Source of the DNA: Octopus sinensis | Lineage: Eukaryota | DNA: 64,000 nucleotides | NCBI RefSeq assembly: GCF_006345805.1 | Contig: NC_043005.1 | Span: 25,048,001 to 25,112,000 of the forward strand | Direction of reading: 5' to 3' | Translations under genes and position numbers: made by a program | The notes under the pieces: model-generated | What the model saw: the letters and a program-made list of their open reading frames with translations, nothing else | Database searches by the model: none | What the model was told of the DNA's origin: nothing | In this document: in pieces, positions 38,250 to 52,841 of the stretch | How positions within the stretch are numbered: the first letter of the stretch is position 1 | How the letters are laid out: every line of letters begins with the position of its first letter

Positions 38250-39400
38250 ATAAGAAAAACAGGTAAACCGCTATACACTTTATAGAATTACAAAACATAC
38301 ATTGCGGACCACCAAGATTGCCTTGTCAGACGTAAAGCTATACTCATCATATCTGTTAATTCTATTTTCTGATCTTGATAGCTTTCATCGAACATTAACA
38401 GTTTCTCACTAATAGCGATTTGAGACATAGTTGCAATCAAACCAAATATAACTGTTTATATTACTCCTAGCCTTTGTAAAGACGGGAAAATTGGTACCTC
38501 TTTGTTAAGGATTTTGGTTATCTTCTGCTTTTGACAATATCGTATTTTTCAAAGATATTTTTCATTACTGAGTTTTACTTTAAATAATGGAATGTTTTGA
38601 TAGATAATTCTGTATGCTTTTTTACTGTTTCCAGATTTTTCTGTTGTGATACAAGGCTAGCGCATATAGTGTATTTCAATTGTCTTTGTACTTCATAATT
38701 CTTTGGCGCGTTCTATTCTGTTATTAATTAATTTGTCGGTTATTGTCTTTCAAGTAGAATTGGTCTTAATTTTAAGATGATTTTTTTCGAGTTGTAAAAT
38801 GAGAAACAATTGAGCATATTTTTTCTTTCCAGATTAAACTGGATATTTACTTTGCTACATTTTAGATGGCAAGATGTAAACAACATGTATGGTTTAGAGT
38901 TTGTCGAGTTGTAGTATATGTCAGTTTCAATTTCCTGTATACCTGTATACTTTTGATTATTAACACACCCAGGAAATGTAGTTGATTTAGACTGTATGCT
39001 ATTCTCAACTGTATATCGTTGTTTATGTTATTAATTAGGGTTTCAAAATCGTTAAGTTGTTCAAGATTGTGGTTCTACAGAATGAGGCAGCCAATCAAGT
39101 AACGTTTCCAATTTTCTAAAACATGTCTGAGGAAGTTGATGCGGTACATTATTTAGGTTCTTCATATATAATGAACTGCTATATAATGAACTGATTGTCC
39201 AAAGTTGGGGAAAACTTCGTTCTCGTCACGGTTCCCATTTACTTGTAAATACTTCCATTTAGTCCGGAAAAGTATTTTGTTGGATGAATTTCATTTTTTG
39301 CATTTTTAAAATATTTTCCTCCATGTTGGGACCACATGTTTAAAAAGACTCGTAAACATCATTAAAGACATCTTAGTAATTTACAATTTTAATTATAATT
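38250..39400 (-). mobile_element. Highly decayed Penelope-like element RT/thumb region
   Basis: ENWKRYLIGC (YLDD position), QLHFLGVLIIK, IETDIYY..YMLFTSCH..NIQFNL. Confidence 0.7.
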
Positions 39401-41570
39401 TTGGCAGTCTAATTTCATGTTACTGCAATGCAAATTCACAGTTTCTAAGATTTTCCCGTAGTTCATTACTGAATCAAAGATGCTAAATGCAATTAACATA
39501 ATCATCATTTGGAAAACATTTGCAATTTGCGATTACTGAAGCTAATACAAATGAGTAGAATAGTTTGAAAACTACACATATATTTCATACAGGGATTTCA
39601 TAATATTCATGTACATTTTTGCTAAAGAGTGTATATAATGCATCGCGGCTGTCAAATAGCAGGGGTATATTGTATATAGTTTTATATTAAGCACATTTGC
39701 TGATCCCTGATACGCAAAAATGCATACATATATACATACATGCATATCCAGTTCATTAAATGTTTGCGTAACTTTATATATATTGTCTAAATAATCACAG
39801 TAGTGAATACTACAAGAAACGTCTCTATGTAGTGGAAGATCTAGCTTGTGTACATCATAGACAATTCGTTGCAAATGAAAGACGCCTTCGAGGATGTGCC
39901 AAACAAATGTAGATTATCAAAGAAAGAACATATAATCAAAGCTCTTATTCTTCTGCCGCAATCCATAGAGATTTAGCGCAAGTGAAAGACTGCTTCAAAC
40001 AACCGATGTTCTTATGATACTTTTTCGTAAAACTAACGACTATAAAAGACGAAATATAAAATAGAAGCAAATGAAAGAAAATCATGGATGCCATGAGAAA
40101 GATCTGCGACAAAATCTTTGTGAAAAATCATCTGCATGTTTTGTCACTCAGATAACAGTCAAGGATAACAGTTCGAAGCGGGAACTCGGGCAAGGTACGA
40201 AGGCAAGTAGCAGAAAGTTTCCAAGATCCAGTGTTGGTGATTGGATTACATAATGCCTGTATAATAGGTCTCGGGTGTTTTCATCAGTTAAACTGGACAC
40301 AAAGTGTTCAATACCCGCAGGGATCAGAGCATTAGTGAACAGTAGTAAACCTGCCCTTGTAATTGTCATGTTTGATCGAATTCATCAATTTGGCTGACAT
40401 AAAAACTCAAAACGTGGCATACCTCACCCTGAATGTCATGCATCTCAAAGCTTAGAAGTAGCGAGTAGACACGGCAACACATTAAGGCTAAAACAATGGC
40501 TGAAAGATAAGATTCTCTAATACTACTCAATTGGAATTGTCGCGAATCAGAGGACAGAAAACCCTTCTTTCATTCTCTGAATCTTGTGAGGTGGGTACTG
40601 TCACCACGTCTCTGATATAAGGCTATGTGAGATAATAGACAATACATAGATAATATGAGATACAAGCGGGGTCAAGAAGGAGTATGATGTTTTCAATGAC
40701 CTCAAGGGAATAGCGTTGATGCAGAAGATAATCAGTTTTACATCTTCATGACGTATGTATACTTCCTCAAGGGAGCGTACCACAGAATTAAAATGGTGAC
40801 AAGAATTACCAGAAACTGTATACTGATTTCTCATCAATCGAAACTCCAGTCAAGAAGCAGAAAAACGGCATATTCTTCACAGGAATCAAAAACCAAATTA
40901 TCGATGTCCGTGATTAATCGGTGGATCTGAATGAAGCACAAATACTTAATTGTTGATTTACGGTTTTAGCTGGAAGAATGTAGTAAAAAACTACGAGCCT
41001 ACTCTGATTTCGTGGTATTGTTTTCCTCAGGTTCGAATCTTCCTTTTAAGTTAAGCTCAAAACAATAATGAACTCCAGTAGAATGCACAACATCCTGTAT
41101 CTGAGGTGAAGCAGAAACACATTCACTACCTCATCAGAGTCCAAACATTATTATTAGCATGAGAATGATGCTGCTCCAACAGACGGGGAAGAAAGCTTGG
41201 ACAATCGGCACATTACAGAACTTGGCCAATATTTCATTGAGTGACTCAGTGACCAGACAAATATATCATTTGATACCATAGTGCGTACGACACTGACATT
41301 GGACAAAGCAATAGGACTTTTGTTGTTTCGTGAATATCCGAAAGCCGATTGAATTGAATACACTTCACAAGAGGTACTTAAGGATAAGGCAACCCCCCCC
41401 CCCAAATTTACTCATTAATCTAGTATCAGGCTTCACAAGAAGCAGTGGCTACTTGCAGTTTAAAGATAACGGCCATGGAGAAGTTCATACATCGATGATC
41501 TCCTCAACAGCACTAGCATCAGAAGTGCTATTCTGAAGCAGGGAAGATGTTTTTCAGCCCAGACAACAAT

Positions 41571-41932
41571 GTCTTGGTTCTGGCTTTTGCACCCTATGAT
41601 ATGTTTTGCAAAAAAAATTATAAAATCTGCCATATCAGGTACTTCAGAACTTGAAGTAAATTGGAGTTGATTGGAGTATATAAGACAAGTCATCAGTTTT
41701 ACCAAAATTCTACGCATTTGCTGGAGGTGACAGTGTTCTAAGACTGCCAAAAGACAAAATTCTTTCGGTTTCTACAGCACATTATTGACAGGGCCACATC
41801 GTCTCCCACAGCTGATGCATTTGATGAGTGTATTGAACATAGGTGCGTAGAGAGATTGCTTAGTGCTAACTCATCTTTATCTGGCAAAGACTGTTCGTCC
41901 TAACCAAAACGTCACTTATCAGAACGATCGTG
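41571..41932. repeat. Segment of about 360 bp repeated at 44530-44850; possibly a decayed LINE endonuclease region (minus strand)
   Basis: Clear dispersed duplication by eye; only a weak ADF (GDFN-like) motif supports the LINE call. Confidence 0.55.
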
Positions 41933-43044
41933 GTGAAATGCTATCCACTACACGAACATTACAATTTCACCACAGGGCCATTGCAGAGTTCGTCATAACC
42001 CAGTAAAAGGCAGCTACAAACCCAGTCATTACACAGACATACAACTAATATGTAATATTGAAATTGTCGATTAGAATTGGCACGAAGGCCTGTAAAATAT
42101 ATTTATGTGCAGCAGAGATCTAGGAAGCACTGCGTATGGAATCTTTAGGTCAGTTTGATAACTAATAAAACAGCATTTTCTTTATATATAAATTCAAGTG
42201 ATTTACAGCATATATTATGTAATAGAGTTATATAAAGACACTGGTTTTCTATTATTCTTGTTAGTTGCATTTCTTTATCCTATTTTGAGGCGTTTATTAG
42301 ATTTCTTGTTCCGAAAACTCAGGCTTAACGTACTTAATTAAGTTTATATGTAACCTAGGAACGCGATAATGCAAAATATACCTTTTATGAGGAGTATTAC
42401 GAAAATATATAATGGCGGCCATAGAATTGTCTTTGAATTTATCAACATTGATTTATGAATTTTCCATGCTTTTATGATTCGAAAATTCTACAACTTAGTT
42501 AACCTCCAAATATTTTGAACGAAGTTGTATTCGTTAACGTAGTGAAGCTGGTTACATGACTGGTGGATATTTTATTACCACGTAAGTAGATCTTGTTTTT
42601 AAGTGGTTCTTCATTTTAGATAATTAATAGCTTTAAGCTTGATATTTCCCATTCTTACCGAGTATTTTCACTAATTCGTTTGCATAATAAAGTAATTTTC
42701 AGTATAAATGCAAAAAATGATGTGTTCACTTATTTAACATTGTGCTCAGTTTTGCAAGTTTTTATTGACTTTAGCTCCAACCCTCGAGCGAGCCATTTTC
42801 TTTCCTTCATAAACGGTTAGTTGGTACATATTCGACTTTTTCGTGGTTTTTCCGTACAGTATCTTCAATTTGTGGTGTATATAATTCATTAATATACGAC
42901 TTAATGAAAGATATTTTTAATTTCTCTTCGCTTAGCCAAATTATAGTTCTAAACACAATATTTTATATTCTTATTGAGCTCCCAAACTAATTCCTTTGTG
43001 TAATAAAATGCTCCATACTATAATCCCGGAATATATTTCCTATG

Positions 43045-43551
43045 ATATGCATGCATGCATGTATGTATGTATGTATGTATGTATGTATGTATGTATGTAT
43101 GTATGTATATATGTATGCATGCATGCATGTATATATGTATGTTTGTTTGCATGTATGTATGTATGCATCTATGTATGTATGTATGCATATATGTATGTAT
43201 GTATGTATGTATGCATGCATGCATGCATGCATGTATGTATGTATGTATGCATGCATGCATGTATGTATGTATGTATGCATGCATGTATGTATGTATGTAT
43301 GCATGCATGCATGTATGTATGTATGTATGTATGTATGCATGCATGCATGTATGTATGTATGTATGTATGTATGCATGTATGTATGTATGCATGTATGTAT
43401 GCATGTATCTATGTATGCATGCATGCATGCATGTATGTATGTATGCATGCATGCATGTATATGTATGTATGAATGCATGTATGTATGCATGCATGTATGT
43501 ATGCCTGTATGTATGTATGTATGCATGCATGTATGTATGTATGTATGTATG

Positions 43552-43628
<77 letters not shown>
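43045..43628. repeat. Long (ATGT/ATGC)n tract followed by (TA)n
   Basis: Read directly; explains the 170-263 aa MYVC and HTYI ORFs. Confidence 0.95.
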
Positions 43629-43629
<1 letters not shown>

Positions 43630-43630
43630 A

Positions 43631-43665
43631 ACCCAGGCGGCCCGGGTTCGATTCCCGGCATGGAA
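43631..43665 (+). pseudogene. 3' half of tRNA-Glu(UUC) (pseudogene or SINE head)
   Basis: ACCCAGGCGGCCCGGGTTCGATTCCCGGCATGGAA closely follows the eukaryotic tRNA-Glu(TTC) anticodon 3' arm, T-arm and acceptor strand; the 5' half is replaced by (TA)n. Confidence 0.65.
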
Positions 43666-43783
43666 ACGTATCATGCTCAAGTTATGGTACAGTTTTTTAC
43701 AGCGGTGGTGCCCCAGCATGGCTGTGGCCTTCGGGCTGAAACATTTTAAGGATTTAAGTTTAAGGATATATATATATATATAC

Positions 43784-44228
43784 ATTGAGAAAAAAGTTGT
43801 CAGAATTTTGGAAAAAAAAAACTTTTTATTTCTCCATTATTATTAGCTCTTTCGTTCGTTTCTCGAACAACCTGTCAGATAAAATTTTGTGAATGTACAA
43901 ACAGCTTGTTCATTTATATAAAGCAAATGTTTTTTTTGAGTGTTTAGTTCAGAAGAAGAGAACATTGTTTATGTTTCCTCGGATCAGGTTCCATCTATCT
44001 CAATTGTCATGGAGCCCCACTAAAAAAGATAAATAAAATAATGTTATCTTCTTCTAAACAACATCCTCCCCCCCCCCCCCCCAAAGAAGTCTGTTTTATA
44101 TAAATGAAAAAGCTGATTGTACATTCATAAAATTGTATTTGACAAGTTCCAGAAACGAACGAAAGAGCTAATAATAATGGAGAAATAAAATGTATTTTTC
44201 CAAAATTCTGACGACTTGTTTTCTCAAT
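43784..44228. mobile_element. Fold-back MITE-like element (445 bp)
   Basis: ATTGAGAA..TTCTCAAT ends; imperfect inverted arms of about 145 bp plus further internal inverted segments. Confidence 0.7.
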
Positions 44229-45038
44229 ATTCAGTTTCTGTACATCACACCTAACACTCTACACACACACACACACACTCACGTATGCTAGATGTTGAAC
44301 CCGACGTTACTCGTGTTTTCCGGGATTTTACCCGGTTAACGCTTTTGATATATTCCTACATACTGAACCGTCTGAAATCGCAGTCAAACTTTTGGGTGTA
44401 CCTCGACTCATTGAGAGTGATGTTTGTTTATTTCTCTCCCCTTAATGCAAGCCTCTGTACAAAATTGATCAGCGTCTGTAATCTCAGCAAAATCCGCAGA
44501 AAAGTGTTAAGGTTATGTCATAAAATACAGGCTTGGTTCTGGCTTTTGACATGTTTTGCAAAAATAAAATTATGAAATCTACCATATCAGGTACTTCAGA
44601 ACTTGAAGTAAATTGGAGTTTATTGGAGTTCACAATTTTACCAAAATTCTACACATTTGGTGGAGGTGACAGTGTTCTAAGATTGCCAAAAGACAAAAAT
44701 CTTTCGGTTTCTACAGCACATTTTTGACAGGGCCACATTTGATGAGTGCATTGAACATAGGTGCGTACAGAGACTGCTTAGTGCTAACTCATCTTCATCT
44801 GGCAAAGACTGTTCGTCCTAACCAAAACGTCACTTATCAGAACGATCGTGACAAGAAGTGATCAAGATGGCATGAACCCAATGTATTATGTTACATGTTT
44901 TCTTCTGCGTGTCTCCGCTAAGATAGTCGGAGTTTAAAACTCGGAGTGTTCCGTCTTGAATGAGAATGTTTCAAATTTAAGCAGTTCAGTTTTACATAGG
45001 AATACGTGTATCCGCATGAGAGTGTGTAAGTATGCATA

Positions 45039-45075
<37 letters not shown>

Positions 45076-45128
45076 ATATACGAATGTGTGAATCCGCTTA
45101 TATACATTTGTAAACATGCATATATATG

Positions 45129-45177
<49 letters not shown>

Positions 45178-45245
45178 TCTTTTATTCTTTTACTTGTTTC
45201 AGTGATTTGATTGCAGCCATTTTGGAGCACCCCTTTGTTTATATG

Positions 45246-46162
45246 CAGGGGTTGGACAAAATAATTGTAACACCTTTAAAATTCAAATAAATTCATTTTA
45301 ATATGGGGTAGGACCATATTGAAAGGTTGCAAGACGCAACGAAAATTTTAGGACAATAAAAATAAGAAAAACGTGGAAATTTTACCGGTGAGTGCGTTGC
45401 ATAATAAGGCACAAAAAGAAAATTACTCTCCCCAGACACAATAGAATATTGACTCACCTAGTTCAAATCGGTAAAGTGAAAAAGTAGGATAAGTGCGTTC
45501 CACCAGAACTCAATGAAAATCAGAAACAGCAACGTGAGGAAGCCTGCATTATGGATCCAACAAACGTAAACGTTCAGCACAATGGCTGGACAAACACGAA
45601 CCACCAAGACACAGTTCAAAAAGCAAAATTCATCAAAAGAAGCTGATGGTGTGTGTTTGGTGGTATGGCGCAGGTGTGATCCATTATGATTTCGTTAGAC
45701 CTGGTTCATCAATCACAGCCGAATTATACTGCAGTCAACTGGACTAAGTGGTGCAGAAACTTACAAAAAAAAAAGCCTAGATGAGTCAGCAGAACCACTC
45801 CTATTTTATTGCAAGACAACACCAGACCACATATCGCAAAAATGACATTGGCGAAACTACAGGAGCTGGACTTGGAAGTTCTCTGTGATCCACCATACTC
45901 ACCTGATCTTGCCCCCACTGACTACCACTTCTTTATAGGAAAGCTTAATTCCGACGATGCTGCAAAACAAGCCTTCCAAGATTTTATTGACTCTAGATTG
46001 CCAAGCTTTTACAGTTCCGGGATGGACAAGCTACCGCTGAAATGGCAAGAGTGAAATGACAATATGGGTGCACACTTTGATGAATAAAACTATTCCTTGT
46101 ATTTATAAAACATTAGCAAACTTTTATTTCTTTCCTACAAATTTCATACATGGCAACCTACT
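45246..46162 (+). mobile_element. Tc1-type TIR fragment (45246-45316) followed by a deleted mariner 3' half (45471-46162)
   Basis: CAGGGGTTGGACAAAATAA; KKLMVCVWW, LQDNTRPH, PPYSPDLAPTDYHFF, DKLPLKWQ. Confidence 0.8.
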
Positions 46163-46609
46163 ATTTCTTCCGACTAGCTAACGATTCTGCTAGCCCGCGG
46201 CCCTCTTAATATTACTATTAATTAAACCTCTTTATATTAGAAGTCAATTAACGGTGTCAGCCTCTAGCAAAAGAATCGGCTAACTCGCTGTTTCAATGTT
46301 AATAAAATGTTATATCAATATATTTTATATCAGAAATCAGTATGATGACATGTTATTTCGGCAGTGATTTTAATCTAGATATTAAATCTATACTTCTAGA
46401 ATTATCTAGCAGTTTCTCATACTTTATTTATAATGACATATTTCACGTTGAATATCCCATTATATCTATAACATGTAGAAGCTTGGCTCTAGGTTTCATG
46501 CTTATATGCATATGCTTAAATGTACACGCCCAAACACATGTATAAATATACTTGTTCCTGTCACATACACACAAATATATTTATATATATATATACATGT
46601 AAACACACA

Positions 46610-46664
<55 letters not shown>

Positions 46665-46846
46665 TTATATATATTTATATACACACATATTTTTTTAATC
46701 AACAAATGTATATGCAGTGTGTACATGCGCGTATATGTGTGCAATTACAATACACATTCACACCATCACACATACAAACAAACATGCATACATACGTACA
46801 TACATGCATACACACATATATACATATATACGCATATATATATGCG

Positions 46847-46885
<39 letters not shown>

Positions 46886-47009
46886 TTTCTATTTTCTATT
46901 TTCTCTCCCTGTTTATTTCTGTGTTCCTTTCTGTCGAAGAGCGTAAAAGTCTTTCTCACTTCTCGACCGTTAATGTAACATACTCTTATTCCTCATTTGT
47001 CTTCTTGTA

Positions 47010-47054
<45 letters not shown>

Positions 47055-47640
47055 TATATAGTTTAACCATAAATTACCTTTACACTTTGAGAAATACAGA
47101 AAAAGGTGTAAGAAAGAATCCCTCAGTAGAGTTTATTGGAAAACAGGTAAGGTTTTAAGAGATATATTAAAACACTTCCAGCTGGGCGCTATTGGTTGCT
47201 CGCAGCGTATCTAGGCGATAAATTGTGGAAGTTGTACAGACAATTTATGGTCATCCTGTATAGAAATATGGAACGAGTGGGTTGAGAGCAAAATCAGCTT
47301 AGTACAGGTCGCACAGGTTACTGTTCAAATGCATGTGAACTTAAACTCTACTTTCTTCATACAAGACCAGCTCTTCGGTAGCGAAAGTTAGAGCAATACT
47401 TATCGAGCTGTTATGGAGGTAGTAAGATGCGTAAATACAGTTAGGGCTGAGACATATGGAGCACAACATATAGGAAAAATTATGTAATGTCTTATCTCGA
47501 CAGCTGTTTCAAGATGGCCATAGCTTACGTAATAACCATATTCATCTAAATATAAATCCAAGCCTAACTGTCTATATACATATGTGTGTGTTTGCTTGCA
47601 TTGTGTATATGCATGTACTTATACATAATTACATACATAG

Positions 47641-47714
<74 letters not shown>

Positions 47715-48029
47715 GTATGTATGTGTATGAGTGTGTGTATGTTTGTGTGTGTATGTATAAGAAAAGCAGTCTGTAATTCACTTCATTGTTGCGCAGAACT
47801 TCATACAAGCGCGCAAGTATAATATGAATTTATGTTACCTTTGAAACAATATTGCGGACGAAGAAAATGATAGTGTAAGTTTTACGTCAGTAGATCCAGT
47901 TACAAAGTCAGATTTTATGGGATAAGATTCATGATATAATTGGATATGTTGTATATTGGAGATAGAATGTTGTAGAGAGAGGAAAATAGGATAGCTGCCT
48001 CCAAGGTAATTTATGTTGTGACACTGGCT

Positions 48030-48600
48030 GGAACCAGTCTACATTTTCAAATGAAAATCTCAATATTTTGCATTATCTCAAAGTGAAATAAACATCATGA
48101 TGTGAATTCGATAAAATTAGTGTCATCCGGCTAGTTCAGAAATGATGTAGGTTGCTCCAGGATCTGGAACTTTTAGGTTAGATGATGTACCGTGGCTCAT
48201 AAAAACCAAGAGGGTTCATATAGTTTAAAATATTACAGCTGATAAAGGACGGCCTATGTTATTGTCAGAAATGCTAAGGCATGATCGTTAAATTGCCTGA
48301 AAAATTATGATAGAAACATAGAAGATTTGACTACATGAAGGCGGTGGTGATTTCGTTGCTCTATATAGGACATCTATGGAGGAGTAGGATTACTTAGGTC
48401 GATTTGCAGATGGATTTCGACAATTACAGAGAGATGATGTCTGTGAAGAGATTTGTTGGCATGGTAATATATCATTTGTCGACACGTTGTCCTTGCAGGA
48501 ATAGCTGATCTTTATTTTGTGTAAGTTGAAGTGATTATTGTATTTGTGTGTGAGTGGAAAAATGATGACTTTTTTTAAACCGATAACCAAAGTGGGCTCG
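48030..48600 (-). mobile_element. Decayed Penelope-like GIY-YIG region
   Basis: FPLTHKYNNHFNLHKIKISYSC..CNCRNP..VLYRA, typical of the PLE linker and endonuclease start. Confidence 0.65.
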
Positions 48601-48695
48601 TTAGCCTGACAAAGAGCAAACCTGTTGTAGTTTACTTGCGTTAATAAACAATTTCTTTTGTTATATTCAGTTTAGAACGTTTTGAACGTTTTCTT

Positions 48696-48729
<34 letters not shown>

Positions 48730-49111
48730 TTCTGAGAGTCTTGGCATTTCACCATTTTCTTATATTCTTCATCCTCTTTTATCTTAATGCGAATTTTTCT
48801 CTTCAGTCAGTCTCTATATTAATCATAAACCTTACACTTTATTATTCACCCCACCCATCTCCTTGATATATATATATATATATATATAATATATATATAC
48901 ATACATACATGGGAGACTTTATAATGTAGTATCCAAACCTAGTTTTGAGAATGTCCCTAGTAGTGTGCCTTCCTTGAGAGCACACTGCCACTGACATACC
49001 AAAAACAAGGTTTGGAGACTACGTTTTAAAGTCTCCTATCTAAACTTTAATTTTAGCCATAACCTACACCCCCACAGACATCGGTATCTGTATATATATC
49101 CATATATATCA

Positions 49112-49217
<106 letters not shown>

Positions 49218-50048
49218 ATGTCTGGCTGACTGTCTGTCTGTCTGCATGCCTGTCTGTCTGTCTGACTGTCAGTCTGTCTGTCATCGTCTGGTCCATCTCG
49301 TTTCCTAATATTTCTTCCTTCGTTTAAGTTTCTTTTTAAACATCGGTAACTCTGATAGCTGGCAAGACAGATTGTTGCATAGGACAATTGCCCACAGAAG
49401 TCACTTCTTGTGGTCAGTGGAGATCTTGTGGTCAGTGGAGTTGGAAGATCTTTCGTCGTAGAAGTTTATGTTCTTCGTTTCTTCGTCGATGATTTTCAAA
49501 ATCTTCTTCGTCAGTCTTGACGTCATGCCAAGCTGTTCCGTCCTTAGTGTGTTACCCCCAGGATTTAGTCATCGCATGTCTGTGACCAGATCATTTAAAC
49601 ATTTTTACTTTATATATTGAAAATCAGTTAGCAGCCAGTTCTTCAGAGCTCTTGGACAATTCCTCCGCTCTTCTGTTTGTTTTGGTACTATTTTAAAACA
49701 ACTACAAAACTCACAATGCACTAGCAAAAGAATATCTCAAAGAATTATCACAGATATAATACGGAACTACACTGAGCTAATGGAATGGACTCAAAGTACG
49801 ATGTTGTAAATTAGTGTTTCTATTTCTTATTTAAAATTCTCACCAATCTTCTTGTTTGCTTTTTCGAAGCCAAATCAAGGCAAAATCAAATAACACACAC
49901 ACACACACACACAACACACACACACACACACACACATACATACACACATATATACATATATATATATGTATATATAAACGTATATATATATATATATATA
50001 CATATATATACATACATATATATGTATATATGTATGCATATATGTATT

Positions 50049-50079
<31 letters not shown>

Positions 50080-50148
50080 GCATGTATATATATAAATATG
50101 TATATACAGATATATATATATAAATCTCTCTCTCTATATATATATACA

Positions 50149-50190
<42 letters not shown>

Positions 50191-50782
50191 CATATATATA
50201 CATATATATACATATATACATAATATTTATATAGACATATACACATATATGTACGCACACATATATGCATATGTATGTGTATGTGTTTATATGTATAAAT
50301 GGGTGCATATATATATGCATGTATATTTGAATGAGTGAATGAGCATGTATATATGTATGTGAGTGCATGTGCGTGCGTGCGTGCGTGTGTATCTATATAT
50401 ATATACTTATATGCATATAATTACGTATATGTTTATGCATGTGTAAATGTACAACGTATATCTATGAAGCCGAAACGCAGCTCGTAAGCTGAAAGTAACA
50501 TTTTCATTGACATGCCTGTCTATTAAGCATCTTCCTCATTCATTTTCTTTCATTTGCCGTAAAGGTCAAATCCACAGCACGTGCAGTTTATCGCTTGGCT
50601 GAATGAATAGTTGTCGCTGTTGCAAGCAAACAAGCAAGCAAGCCAGTAAGGCGGAATGGAATAAAGTAGAAAGATGAGAAGTTATAGGAACAAAAGAACA
50701 GCGAGGTTTTCGCATTTCGTGATAGGGGTTTTAATGTGTTCTTTTGCCCTTATCATGGAGATATTTCATTTTAATTTGTGTC

Positions 50783-51172
50783 TGTTGTGGCACTCCGTCG
50801 GTTACGACGACGAGGGTTCCAGTTGATCCGATCAACGGAACAGCCTGCACGTGAAATTAACGTGCAAGTGGCTGAGCAATCCACAGACACGTGTACCCTT
50901 AACGTAGTTCTCGAGAGAGATTCAGCGTGACACAGAGTGGGACAAGTCTGGCCCTTTGAAATACAGGAGCAACAGAAACAGGAAGAAAGAGTGAGAGAAA
51001 GTCACGATGAAAGAGTACAGCATGGTACGCCATCCACACCACACCCTGCCCGTGCCTCGTGGAACTTTAGGTGCTTTCGCTCAATAAACACTCACAACAC
51101 CCAGTCTGAGAATCAAAACCACGATCCCACGACCCTGAGTCTGCTGCTCTAACCTCTGGGCCATTACCTCTC
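50783..51172 (-). mobile_element. Composite tRNA-derived SINE (OR-like head, tail shared with 14433)
   Basis: Head similar to 25383 and tail similar to 14433-14600. Confidence 0.7.
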
Positions 51173-51333
51173 CACTTTGTGTCTATAATTGTTCATCAAA
51201 AGTGAGTTCTCGTAGAAACTACTTTACAAAGTAGAAAAGTTATCGCGCAGTTTGGTTGGATATGAAGAAAATAGTTTCAAAAATCTCCAAGAATATTGAC
51301 TTTATTGTCAACACACAAGCACACACATATATC

Positions 51334-51392
<59 letters not shown>

Positions 51393-51412
51393 GTCTGTCT
51401 GTCTGTCTGTCA

Positions 51413-51454
<42 letters not shown>

Positions 51455-51489
51455 ATGCATGTATGTCTGTCTCTCTGTCCGTCTGTCTA

Positions 51490-51526
<37 letters not shown>

Positions 51527-51528
<2 letters not shown>

Positions 51529-52272
51529 GGTTCGGTCCGGACCTCCAAATGGAGAACTGGGGCGAAATAACGACTAGAGTGGCTAGGCATGCCGTGGTTG
51601 ATGATGCGCAGACATGCGCTGAGACTGCGACATCTCCGGCGCTTCATAGACAACGGTGAACAGGTGTTGTCGCTTTTTGTGCGACGCGCTTTCCCGCAGC
51701 TCGTCTCTTTGGCCGAACTACAGTCGTGGATCAAACAGAGACCGAGGCTAGGCGAATGGCACCGCGAGTGTCGCGTTGCTCTCAAGCAACTCTGCCGTCC
51801 GGGACCAAACTTGTGCGACTTCATTTCAACAAAAGCGTTCTATAGAGGATTAGTGGAGGGGAGGTGCGACGACATTTTCGGGCAGAATCTGGGCGTCGAA
51901 GAGGAACACCTGACCCGCCTGTTCAGGACAACTTTCGGGTCGGGACCTATGGACAATCACCAAAGATCCCTGGCCTGACAGTGCTATCGGGAAGCAGTAC
52001 CTGTTCGGGATAAGCTCTACAGGTACGGTTCGAGACACACTGGACTGACTTTCCCGAGATGCAGTCAGAACGACGTAACTTACTTTAAAATAAATTTGTC
52101 TCCGTGATACACGATCCCTTTTGATCGCTTTTTTTCCCGATCCCTTTTGATCGGAATTTTACATTTGTTTCCTTTTTTGTTCCTTTTTTCTTTTTTCATC
52201 TTCGAAAAGAAAAGCTCTACATTTGTATTTGTCCCCTCTCTATTCAGCCCTGTGTGGCCAATAAAGAAAGTT
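51527..52272 (+). mobile_element. Internally deleted Tx1/L1-clade element
   Basis: [27 protein letters not shown] matches the copy at 3675; two internal deletions; AATAAAGAAA end; flanked by (TCTA/TCTG)n. Confidence 0.85.
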
Positions 52273-52329
52273 ATCTGTGTATGTATGTATTTGTCTGTCT
52301 GTCTATCTATATGTCTGTCTGTCCGTCTG

Positions 52330-52448
<119 letters not shown>

Positions 52449-52783
52449 ATCTATCTATCTATCTTTTTATGTATTTGTCTGTCTATACATACGAACATAC
52501 AAACATATACTTGTATATTTATACACTAAACTTATGAACTGTGAGTATATTATTGTCCAGCTTATAGTTACATATCGGTACAACGCTACATACATTTTAG
52601 TTACAAATATTATACATTCACATACACGGGAAGCATTGCATTTCACACGTTTCTAAATACCGCGCCACCTATATTTCTATCAGACAGCATCAACTCATAA
52701 AAGCTCCATTTGCGTATGAGCCAGCCAGTGAACTGGTAGAAATATCAGTCAAATCTCCCTTAAACTTCTCAACAGTGTGGGAA

Positions 52784-52841
<58 letters not shown>

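Noticed and set aside
42987-43846. Long ORFs of 158-263 aa (MYVC and HTYI repeats)
   Set aside because: Translations of (ATGT/ATGC)n and (TA)n microsatellite; no coding signal
43850-43880. CTGACAG..GAAACGAACGAA in the fold-back arms as an HHR
   Set aside because: Core is not CUGANGA, and there is no UH cleavage site or stem III pairing
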